NCBI GenBank assembly: GCA_048882325.1
Contig: JBHLRS010000037.1
Span: forward strand, 3,127 to 30,062
Direction of reading: 5' to 3'
From: Candidatus Thorarchaeota archaeon
Lineage (GTDB): Archaea; Asgardarchaeota; Thorarchaeia; Thorarchaeales; Thorarchaeaceae
Length of the DNA: 26,936 nt
Position 1 is the first letter of the stretch, and the number at the start of each line of letters is the position of its first letter. Shown here piece by piece: positions 1 through 8,181 of the stretch. The notes under the pieces are model-generated. The model was not told the origin of the DNA, made no database searches, and saw only the letters and a list, made by a program, of their open reading frames with translations. A program made the position numbers and the translations under genes.

Positions 1-350
1 GGTGTACTTGGTGTTATGAGAGAGGTTAGGTAGAATGCCAATGCGTAGCACATGTATGCAGATGCGATCACCCATCTCTGGCCTATCCAATCACCAACCG
101 CTCCTGTTGGATAGTCCAAAGCTGTTTGAACTCCAAGCTGAATGATGACCAGAACACCGACGAGACCAAGTCCTTCCAAATACCGTCCCGGACCACCGCC
201 CAATGCATCAGCAACGAAAATCATGTAGAAAGTGCTGGACATCATGACAGTGGCAATAACAATAGGAACCAACATCAGGAAGGTCCTTGCAATTCGTAGA
301 ACTCTGACATTGTCTTCACTAAAACCAAAGAATGATGAAATCCTACCCAT
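1..350 (-). CDS. MFS transporter, N-terminal part (runs off window start)
   Basis: Own translation from ATG at 350: MGRISSFFGFSEDNVRVLRIARTFLMLVPIVIATVMMSSTFYMIFVADALGGG...LDYPTGAVGDWIGQRWVIASAY; hydrophobic helices and an MFS motif-A-like GAVGDWIGQR. Not in the ORF track. Confidence 0.8.
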   Translation of the reverse strand, partial: MGRISSFFGFSEDNVRVLRIARTFLMLVPIVIATVMMSSTFYMIFVADALGGGPGRYLEGLGLVGVLVIIQLGVQTALDYPTGAVGDWIGQRWVIASAYMCYALAFYLTSLITPST

Positions 351-414
351 TATTCCAAGCCGCCTACACATTGTTCAATTTGCTTGTTAAAAAACTATGT
401 AACAAAATACTACG

Positions 415-1266
415 TCAAAGCGTTGGAGGACCAGCTCGTATTCTCTCTCTAAGTTCATCAACCTCAGCGCGAAGACCATGAATATCCTCTAGGAACCAAG
501 TAGCGCCAACCTGTAACCAAGACTCAATTTTCTTACGATCCTTCTCAGAGTCAGTCCCTGAGGTTTCTCCGCTAACAACTACATCGTAATTATTCAGATT
601 CCCTCTTTCGGATTTGACAATCTTGAGTGCATCTTCAAGCAGCTGAGGTGTCACGGGCTCTGGCCATTTAGCATGTACGGGAGCCACACCATCAAATCGA
701 GCCGCCCTTCTGAATGGTGCTTTGTTTGGCACACCACCACCGATCCAAATCGGAATTCTAGGTTCTTGCATGGGCTTTGGCAGAAAAGTCATCTCTTCGA
801 GCTCGTAGTATTCGCCCTTGAAGGAGAAAGGTTCACCTGACCAAAGACCTGAAATTATGTCAAGACCTTCATCCAGCAGCTGAGAACGAATCCTATCATT
901 ACTCTCCTCTCCGAAATAATCAAACTCCACGTCAGGGGGTGCGCCAAGCCCAACTCCAAGAGTCACACGGCCCTTAGACAGGTGATCAACCGTCAAAGCC
1001 TCTCTAGCCACCTTCCATGGTCGCCTTCGCGGTATTGGTGTAACCAATGGTCCTAGTCGAATTTTCTTTGTATTGCATGCTATCGCAGTCAACGCAATCC
1101 AGGGATCCACAAATGGTAGAACCATGTCCTCCTGCTTGAAGACCAGCATATGGTCCCAAAGGAAAAAGCCCTCCCATCCAGCCTCTTCAGCCTCAACCGC
1201 AACATCGACAAGTGTATCGATATCTCCAAACCAACCAAAATTGGGTAAGTTAATTCCATACTTCAT
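415..1266 (-). CDS. LLM-class (luciferase-like) flavin/F420-dependent oxidoreductase
   Basis: AEEAGWEGFFLWDH, DPWIALTAIA, TVDHLSKGRVTLGVGLG, PIWIGG motifs. Confidence 0.9.
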   Translation of the reverse strand: MKYGINLPNFGWFGDIDTLVDVAVEAEEAGWEGFFLWDHMLVFKQEDMVLPFVDPWIALTAIACNTKKIRLGPLVTPIPRRRPWKVAREALTVDHLSKGRVTLGVGLGAPPDVEFDYFGEESNDRIRSQLLDEGLDIISGLWSGEPFSFKGEYYELEEMTFLPKPMQEPRIPIWIGGGVPNKAPFRRAARFDGVAPVHAKWPEPVTPQLLEDALKIVKSERGNLNNYDVVVSGETSGTDSEKDRKKIESWLQVGATWFLEDIHGLRAEVDELRERIRAGPPTL

Positions 1267-1387
1267 TCGAATACCTCAAGGACCTGTGCGATAAGCATTC
1301 TTGGATATGGAACTTCTACTCGGAAAATTTGAGTGAGTACAAAGGAGAAATTCTTGTTGAAGATGAAGTAGCAGATTGAGGCGGCTC

Positions 1388-1426
1388 AAAAAGAAAAAGT
1401 ATGAGACGCGCGTTTGCGCATCCTCA
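1388..1426 (-). terminator. Hairpin plus T-tract, terminator-like
   Basis: Minus strand TGAGGATGCGC-AAAC-GCGCGTCTCA followed by TACTTTTTCTTTTT; the G-U pair favours the minus strand. Confidence 0.55.
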
Positions 1427-1730
1427 ATTATAGATTCCACCTACGTTCAACAATAAGGGAACTTTCCCATATTGAAGTAGGTGTCAATGCTGCCTTCGAG
1501 TACTAGAATGCAGTAACTCGAGGGAAATCCGAGGTAGTAATGTGCAGTGGGATCGATTTCAACATATGCACCAGTGTCATAATGTGTGACGTTTATCCTC
1601 TATGCTCCTCCAGATTGATCGAACAGATAGAATATATTGTATTCTGAACTTAGACTTAAGATCGACAAGTAATGCGTCCCAGCTCGGATATACTACTACC
1701 ATTTTCTTTGATGTAAAAACAAAGTTCGAA
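1424..1730 (-). pseudogene. Possible decayed gene remnant
   Basis: Minus frame reads YIRAGTHYLSILSLSSEYNIFYLFDQSGGA*RINVTHYDTGAYVEIDPTAHYYLGFPSSYCILVLEGSIDTYFNMGK; a 1-nt shift continues VPLLLNVGGIYN* ending exactly at the terminator hairpin. Confidence 0.35.
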
Positions 1731-1860
1731 ATATAAATTGGTCAATTGATGATAGGATTAATATAGAAGTAGCATCCTACTGGAATAGGGAATCTTGGGA
1801 CGGATTCCTAGGTTCACAGCGAATCCTCAACATGTGAACAAAACGGGGTGAATATTTGTA

Positions 1861-2565
1861 ATGAGAAAATCATTCAAGATAATGACTCTAGGTATTGCGA
1901 TGCTTCTGGTCGCTGGGTTTTTTTCTCCAGCTGCTATCGCTGCAGCGTACACCTGGGGTGATAATTTCAACGATGGAGATTATGACAACTGGACCGTGCT
2001 ATATGGTCAGTTCTCAGCAGCGGACTTTTACCTTAACACCTTCATGTCACCGCTTGGAATAAACACAATCTATCATAGTAGTCTGTGTGCATACGGTAAT
2101 TGGGTCTTTGAACGCTGGGAGAATGTCACTGATCAACATACGTTCTTCATTAGTACAAATTGGAATACAACGATACATGATGCTTATTCAGTAAGTGTAG
2201 AGTATGGAACTATATCGAATCTAACACTCTACAGATGGGATGGAGAAATCAGTACGGTAATAGACCAGACGACCATAGTTCCTGAGGCACCTGGAGAGTT
2301 CCATTTCTATAACATATCACGCACGACTAGCGGACACTTTGATGTCCTTCGTGATGGAGTTCTAGAACTGAGTGCTGATGATAACGTAATCACGACATCT
2401 GAGTATTTCATATACTCTCTTGATGGAATTGGTGCAATAGACAACATCTTTGTTGCTTGTGACGCAGCAACAGGATGTGGTTTGTGTACTACCACCTATA
2501 TTGTGATAATTATCTTCCTTGTGATAGTCATAGGAATTCTAGTCGTTAAATGGCGTCCGAAGTGA
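1861..2565 (+). CDS. Secreted, C-terminally anchored surface protein with a ConA/lectin-like beta-rich domain
   Basis: Signal peptide (AAIA-AA), WGDNFNDGDYDNW start and IDNI end typical of jelly-roll domains, N-x-S/T sequons, C-terminal TM then KWRPK; GGGGTGA RBS. Confidence 0.75.
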   Translation: MRKSFKIMTLGIAMLLVAGFFSPAAIAAAYTWGDNFNDGDYDNWTVLYGQFSAADFYLNTFMSPLGINTIYHSSLCAYGNWVFERWENVTDQHTFFISTNWNTTIHDAYSVSVEYGTISNLTLYRWDGEISTVIDQTTIVPEAPGEFHFYNISRTTSGHFDVLRDGVLELSADDNVITTSEYFIYSLDGIGAIDNIFVACDAATGCGLCTTTYIVIIIFLVIVIGILVVKWRPK

Positions 2566-2715
2566 TAGTCATAGATACTCAATCTACACAAAGATCATCA
2601 GAGATTGAGTCCGAATAGCGAGAAAAGGCAAAGGTACTCATGCTTAGAGTGTTTGAGATATCTCTCATTCCGTGAGTAATCATCATACAAATACCAACAA
2701 CTCAGGGTGGAATTT

Positions 2716-3171
2716 CTACTCCCACGTTCGTCGATGCATCAACCGTTTCAAGCTCACAAAGCCCTCAGACTCGTAGAGCGGGAGTCCTTCATCAGACGCG
2801 TGCAAGAATAGCAAGCCAATTCCATCATTCCTGCACACATTGATTACATATCTGAGCAATGCTTTACCAACACCCTTTCGTCGGTGTTCTTGTTCAACGA
2901 ACATATTGGACAAGTACGCATAGAAACCGGTCTTCTGAGAAACCTGCGGTGGAACCCTGAAGGGACTAATTCCACAACCAGCGATGACCTCACCTTCCTC
3001 TTCAACCAAGAAGTACCGATATCCATTTGTCCAGTCATCTTCAAGGTATTGTTCGGTCAATCGAGCAGTCTCATAGATATAGTCACGGTCCAGACCCATG
3101 TCAGTGAACATCCCAATTCGATGATGTAGGATCCATCTAGAATCCGCATGTGTGGCTTCTCGGAATTTCAT
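2716..3171 (-). CDS. GNAT N-acetyltransferase
   Basis: NMFVEQEHRRKGVGKALL acetyl-CoA motif, LHAS..GLPLYESEGF; ATG at 3171 preferred to 3207. Confidence 0.9.
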   Translation of the reverse strand: MKFREATHADSRWILHHRIGMFTDMGLDRDYIYETARLTEQYLEDDWTNGYRYFLVEEEGEVIAGCGISPFRVPPQVSQKTGFYAYLSNMFVEQEHRRKGVGKALLRYVINVCRNDGIGLLFLHASDEGLPLYESEGFVSLKRLMHRRTWE

Positions 3172-3242
3172 GATGGTTTCTGAGAACGCAAGCTGAATAT
3201 CAATCAATACATTACCGCTACCTAGAGATGAGGATTAAATCA

Positions 3243-4016
3243 TCAGGGCTCAATCCCAACAATCGGCGAGAGATGAATGAGAAACTGACCTATGATGAAC
3301 GTAATACCGACTACAAAGCTGCTGAAGAAGTCAGAGCTTGCAATCTGAATCACAGCCAGCACCCAACTTGAATACATTGTCATAAGGAACCCGCCTACAA
3401 GGAACAACTTGAAAAGCGTCGGGAAATTATTGAAGCATTTGCTGATTGAGAAGGCAACAGCAGAAGCAAGTATCATTGCACAGAGCAAGGCAGCAGAGCT
3501 AACAGTCAGGTCAAACGGATTGAACGCCGTGAAGTAATACAATACAGCAACAACTGCGATACATAGTATTAGTAAGAGTAGGTTGCGAACAATGAGACCT
3601 GGTGCTGAAGACTCTTCGGTTGATTCGCCTATATCTGGACGGATCAACAATGGAGAGATTGACCTGAGACTAAGGATATAGAAGACAAGTCCAGTTCCAG
3701 CGAAAAAGATGCTATTGAGGAATGCATCGGGAGTTATGTAGAAGATACCTTCCATTACTAACGTACTCACAAGGATTAGAACCATTGCCACAAACAAGAG
3801 AAGAGTATAGCTGAATGAGTATCTGTCCCGCCTCAGGTGAGCAATCAGGAGGTTGAGGAGAGATATCAAAACAAGAACCAAACCAGCTATGGTGGATACT
3901 GTGCTAAGAACATCGCCTCTTAGAAGATACGCACCAGAATAAAACAGGACCATGCTAATCAGGACAACGAACACAAGATATCTGACGTATCCCAGGTATC
4001 TGATTGTCGAGTCCAA
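3243..4016 (-). CDS. Hypothetical integral membrane protein (about 8 TM)
   Basis: Two hydrophobic blocks of about 4 helices separated by a polar linker (RPDIGESTEESSAPG). Confidence 0.7.
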   Translation of the reverse strand: MDSTIRYLGYVRYLVFVVLISMVLFYSGAYLLRGDVLSTVSTIAGLVLVLISLLNLLIAHLRRDRYSFSYTLLLFVAMVLILVSTLVMEGIFYITPDAFLNSIFFAGTGLVFYILSLRSISPLLIRPDIGESTEESSAPGLIVRNLLLLILCIAVVAVLYYFTAFNPFDLTVSSAALLCAMILASAVAFSISKCFNNFPTLFKLFLVGGFLMTMYSSWVLAVIQIASSDFFSSFVVGITFIIGQFLIHLSPIVGIEP

Positions 4017-4152
4017 AGTCAGCTAGTCTCCGTCTATCAAATCGATAGCAGTATGATGATGGCCTTTCCATGTCTTAACTCTTCTTAGTCAATGAATCGC
4101 AGAGGTTCTCGGAAGAGATATATCCCAGAGGACATTAACAGGCGATTGGGTT

Positions 4153-5475
4153 TTGGGCATGGAATATAGTCCTCGAAAGTCAACTATCATCCTGCTTTTG
4201 TTACTTCTACTTCCCTCTTTCTTTGTAATCTCAGATACTACTATGACCCTTGAAAGAATTCAATTATCCACACCAAGTCAGACCATAAACTGGCTCGAAG
4301 GATGGGAATACAGAAAGTCACATTCTATAACAGGCTCGGTCGGAGCAGGAATCGGTTATCAGATGCGGGTGATAGTTCATCGTTTTGCAGGACTAGACTC
4401 TGGGGAGGATGTCTACATAGGGACCAATTGTCAGTCAGACTTTGGAGACATTAGATTCACAGATGGAGATGGGACAACACTCCTCGATTACTGGCTCGAA
4501 GAAGCAACAGTAGTACGTGCGACCTTCTGGGTAGAAGTGAATGATAACCTTGACACAGATCAAACCATCTACATATACTACAGCGCATTCAGCGCAAAGA
4601 CGAGTCTTTCGAGTGGCTATAATACGTTTCCTTTGTTTGATGACTTCAACAGAGCAGACACAGACCTCGTAGGTGGAGGCTGGTTTGATGACAGTGGTGA
4701 TGGTGACAACGACATAGAGAACAACGTTCTGAAAACTGTGCAGAATGAGAATGAGTTCTGTCACATTGAAATGCCGGCTCCATCGCACTCTAACTTTGTT
4801 CTTCATGGCAAGTTACGACAGCATGCAATCGCTCCAGCCAGTTGGAAGATGGCTGTTGGTGCATACTGGGGGAGTGACAGGTGGATTAAGGTTGGATGGA
4901 GGTCGAATGACAATTTTGAGGCAAACTTGTTTTCTGATTCTAATACGGATAATGGCGCTTTGCCCTATCTAGGGCTTGATGATACTTGGTGTTACTATAA
5001 AATCGAGGTTGGTACTAATGCAATCGACTACTATTACTCCCTCGATGGAGAAATGTGGACACTGATCCATAGCGCAAATAGACTAGCAGGAGTGACAGGG
5101 AGTCCCTTATTGATTATCATTGGAAAAGGGTATGAAAATCCCAACACACTCTATCCGAATCTAGACTGGGACAACAACTATGCTACTGCAGGACCTGAGT
5201 ATACGAACTATGCTGATGATATCTTTCTGAGAAAGTTTGTTGATGTAGAACCTGTCCATGAAGACTGGGGCGCTGAAACTATTTTTGATGAAGTGACTCA
5301 ACCAACAACAGGACCTGGCACCCCAGGTGAACCTTTGGATATCGACCTTGCGATGATAACAGTGTTCGCAGCAGGAGGCGTGGCAGGGATTGCCCTTGTT
5401 CTTGGACTAGTCACCATAGCTAGAACTGGAAGAGAGGTTGTTGCTCCTTCGCAGCCATCAGGCTACGAATGGTGA
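4153..5475 (+). CDS. DUF2341-like domain surface protein, lectin-like domain, C-terminal TM, YEW tail
   Basis: Signal peptide; WLEGWEYRKSHSI...DFGDIRFTDGDGTTLLDYWLE...FWVEV...IYIYY...FPLFDDF matches the DUF2341 pattern; TM then RTGREVVAPSQPSGYEW. Confidence 0.8.
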   Translation: MGMEYSPRKSTIILLLLLLLPSFFVISDTTMTLERIQLSTPSQTINWLEGWEYRKSHSITGSVGAGIGYQMRVIVHRFAGLDSGEDVYIGTNCQSDFGDIRFTDGDGTTLLDYWLEEATVVRATFWVEVNDNLDTDQTIYIYYSAFSAKTSLSSGYNTFPLFDDFNRADTDLVGGGWFDDSGDGDNDIENNVLKTVQNENEFCHIEMPAPSHSNFVLHGKLRQHAIAPASWKMAVGAYWGSDRWIKVGWRSNDNFEANLFSDSNTDNGALPYLGLDDTWCYYKIEVGTNAIDYYYSLDGEMWTLIHSANRLAGVTGSPLLIIIGKGYENPNTLYPNLDWDNNYATAGPEYTNYADDIFLRKFVDVEPVHEDWGAETIFDEVTQPTTGPGTPGEPLDIDLAMITVFAAGGVAGIALVLGLVTIARTGREVVAPSQPSGYEW

Positions 5476-5703
5476 TATAACAAAGTCATCGAGAAATCAC
5501 TCCAAAAGGTCTTTTAGTTGGATAACGGATATCCACGTTTCAACCCCACTATTGAGTTTGAGATAGTAGAGGATGCAAGTGTATCTAATGGAAATCGCTA
5601 GACATTCGCACACGGAACTCACTCAGACTTTGCAATAGCTAACAATCGTATGACTTAAAAATAGTTAACTTTCAAGACCAGCTCGTTCAACTGAGGTGAT
5701 GTC

Positions 5704-7101
5704 TTGGCAGTCACATTAAAAGCTTCTACTAAGATATTGGAATTAGCTAATGAGTTTCCATTTCTGTTCGACACTCTTGTAGAAATTTCCCCGAAACTCA
5801 AGAAACTACAGAATCCGATTCTTCAGAAAACAATTGGACGTCGGGCGACACTGACTGATGTTTCCAAGATGTCCCGTGTACCACTAAATCGACTATTCGT
5901 ACTATTATCAGAATCGATCTCTGAAAATGCAGATGCAGAGGTTGAGATTGAAAAGGAAGATGCAGATAGTGGCGAGTGGCTGGATGAACTCGCACAAAGA
6001 CAGAGAAGATTGAAGGATCTGATTCTCGGTTTGCATCGTGGGGAAGACATGAAAGAACTTCAATCACAATTCAAGGAGATCCTGGTCGATGTGAGCGCGA
6101 CTGAGATTGCAGAGATGGAACAGTCACTCATAGATTCGGGAGAATTGACTGCCCAACAGGTTACCGCATTATGTGATTTACATGTTCTAGTCTTCAAGGA
6201 ATCACTCGATGTACAACAGACACCACAAACAACTCCTGGACATCCGATTCATACGTATATGAGTGAGAATGAAGAAGCACAGAAACTTGTCAATTTCCTG
6301 AAAGAGAATCCAAATGACCAAAATACAATTGAAGAACTCAAGAAGATTGTCCTCCATTATACACGACTTCAGAACCAACTCTTCCCACTCTTGGAGAATG
6401 CAGGAGTGACTGGTCCATCTACAGTGATGTGGGCAAAACAGGATGAGATTCGCGAAATGCTTAGCAAGGTAGATTCCTCTGACCTGAGCAAACTATTGAC
6501 TGCAATCGAGGAGTTAATCTACAAGGAAGAAAACATCCTCTTTCCGATGTCACTCGAAAACCTATCTGAATACGACTGGGTAAAGGTTCGAATTGGAGAA
6601 GAGGAGATCGGATATGCGTGGATTACACCTGGTAATGAGTGGAAACCAATATCTCCAATAGATATTCACCAAGTCGAAGAGAAGGTTGAATCACCAAAAA
6701 TCAATTTGAACACGGGAAATCTAACTCTCAAGGAGATTGATCTACTACTCAGACACCTCCCTTTAGACCTATCCTTCGTTGGACCTGACGAGAAGGTCAA
6801 ATACTACTCTGCAACTGAAGACCGCATCTTCCCTCGGAGTCCTGCAGTAATTGGTCGTGACGTAATCAACTGTCATCCAAGCAAGAGCTATGACAAAGTC
6901 AAGAAGATTCTTGACTACTTTAAAGAAGGGAAGAAAGACAAGGCGATGTTCTGGATAAATGTAGGCGACAAGTTTCTCATTATCAGTTACTATGCTGTCA
7001 GGGATGATGAGGGAGATTTTCTAGGAACACTTGAAGTAACACAGGACGCGACAGAGATCAGAAGTCTTGAGGGTGAGCATAGACTCTTAGATTGGGAATA
7101 A
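5704..7101 (+). CDS. DUF1858 + DUF438 + hemerythrin-like + PAS domain protein
   Basis: LKDLILGLHRG, EIAEMEQSL, LCDLH, GHPIHTY, KEENILFP, FPRSPAVIGRDVINCHP, GTLEVTQD; TTG start with GAGGTGA RBS. Confidence 0.85.
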   Translation: MAVTLKASTKILELANEFPFLFDTLVEISPKLKKLQNPILQKTIGRRATLTDVSKMSRVPLNRLFVLLSESISENADAEVEIEKEDADSGEWLDELAQRQRRLKDLILGLHRGEDMKELQSQFKEILVDVSATEIAEMEQSLIDSGELTAQQVTALCDLHVLVFKESLDVQQTPQTTPGHPIHTYMSENEEAQKLVNFLKENPNDQNTIEELKKIVLHYTRLQNQLFPLLENAGVTGPSTVMWAKQDEIREMLSKVDSSDLSKLLTAIEELIYKEENILFPMSLENLSEYDWVKVRIGEEEIGYAWITPGNEWKPISPIDIHQVEEKVESPKINLNTGNLTLKEIDLLLRHLPLDLSFVGPDEKVKYYSATEDRIFPRSPAVIGRDVINCHPSKSYDKVKKILDYFKEGKKDKAMFWINVGDKFLIISYYAVRDDEGDFLGTLEVTQDATEIRSLEGEHRLLDWE

Positions 7102-7108
7102 TCCAGCA

Positions 7109-7711
7109 TCACGATTCACGCCGCTGGATGAGTTCTAATAGCATGCGAATCCTCTCAATGCGCATATCATCAGGAGATTTGCTGTACTCATAGATGCCTT
7201 TGCCGCTTTTCATATCAAGGTCTCCAGCGTTGACCTTTTCTTGAAGCCATGAAGGAGGTCTGAATTTCTCATCCTCCAGAACAAAGGCTAGGTAATTGGC
7301 AGCCATAGTGATGGTATTTAATCCGATGTGGTCAATGTTGCCAAAGGGGCCAAACTGGAGAAAGATGTAGCCCAGATGTTCTTTCCATGCTCTATCGATG
7401 TCATCGAAAGTTGCGACTCCATCCTCTATCATCTTTGCAGCTACAACGAGTACCGCTGCTGCAACTGAGAGCATAGCAGCAGTGTGTATGACGGAATCCA
7501 CATTATACTCCTTAATCACATCCACAAGACCCTGAAAATCAGCCTAATCTCCTTTCACGATCGTGACCTTATTCTTCAAATCATTGACACTGTGATTGTT
7601 GGAGTAGAGGTCGAAGAGAACCACCTTAGATTCGATAGCAACTAGTTTACGAGCTAGATGGGTCCCAATAAAACCAGTGCCCCCGGTAATAAGAACTGAA
7701 CCAGCTGACAA
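7109..7711 (-). pseudogene. Fusion pseudogene: NAD-dependent epimerase N-terminus joined to 3-hydroxyacyl-CoA dehydrogenase C-terminus
   Basis: VLITGGTGFIG...KGD*ADFQGLVDVIKEYNVDSVIHTAA (in-frame TAG at 7544-7546) continues into GVATFDDIDRAW...GPFGNIDHIGL...KSGKGIYEY. Confidence 0.8.
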
Positions 7712-7767
7712 AAGACCAGCACCTTCAGAATGCGAAGTTTCCACAGGATTAAAAAATTGTCAGATTG

Positions 7768-8103
7768 TTATGAGAGGTGTCTGGTAAGAAAATCTGCTAC
7801 TTCACGCTCGAGTTCTTCACTCGATCCTGTCTTAGTGAATGATTTAAGCTTGACACCGGTGATTTGGATTCTATAGGATTGCTGTTCAATTGGTTCAATA
7901 ACAAGAACGAGATGACGAGATGGGTCCCACCAAGTCCGACTCAGATAGAAAACATAGATCCAGACTGAATCCTCATGCGTCATTTGAAAAATCGGATCCC
8001 ACATCTTCCCCATGATTCGTGTCGAGTTCCAGTTATCTTTCATATTATCAATTAGAGAATTTAGTTCCGATGCTTCAATTCCCTCTACTTCTAAAACGAT
8101 CAC
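7768..8103 (-). CDS. Hypothetical protein
   Basis: 111-aa ORF downstream of and co-oriented with leuS; no recognisable motif. Confidence 0.6.
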   Translation of the reverse strand: MIVLEVEGIEASELNSLIDNMKDNWNSTRIMGKMWDPIFQMTHEDSVWIYVFYLSRTWWDPSRHLVLVIEPIEQQSYRIQITGVKLKSFTKTGSSEELEREVADFLTRHLS

Positions 8104-8181
8104 TTTCTAAGTACTCCTGGTTCCAACCAGGTTCTTCATCCTAATCTAGATGTAAAGAGAGAAAAGCATTACCACCAGGAA

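Noticed and set aside
5470-5475. All three YxW genes end TGG-TGA: selenocysteine readthrough, or GGTGA selected as an RBS
   Set aside because: No Cys-like redox context or recognisable SECIS; this copy has no nearby downstream gene needing an RBS, and that would not explain the conserved Tyr or tail length
7090-7101. C-terminal DWE (and TWE in the GNAT at 2716) as further Trp-tail motifs
   Set aside because: Soluble proteins with no TM, no Tyr and a non-terminal Trp
7544-7546. In-frame TAG as pyrrolysine readthrough
   Set aside because: The position is normally a hydrophobic residue (GD-[LIV]); TTG-to-TAG is one change, the gene is otherwise broken, and no pyl genes are in the window
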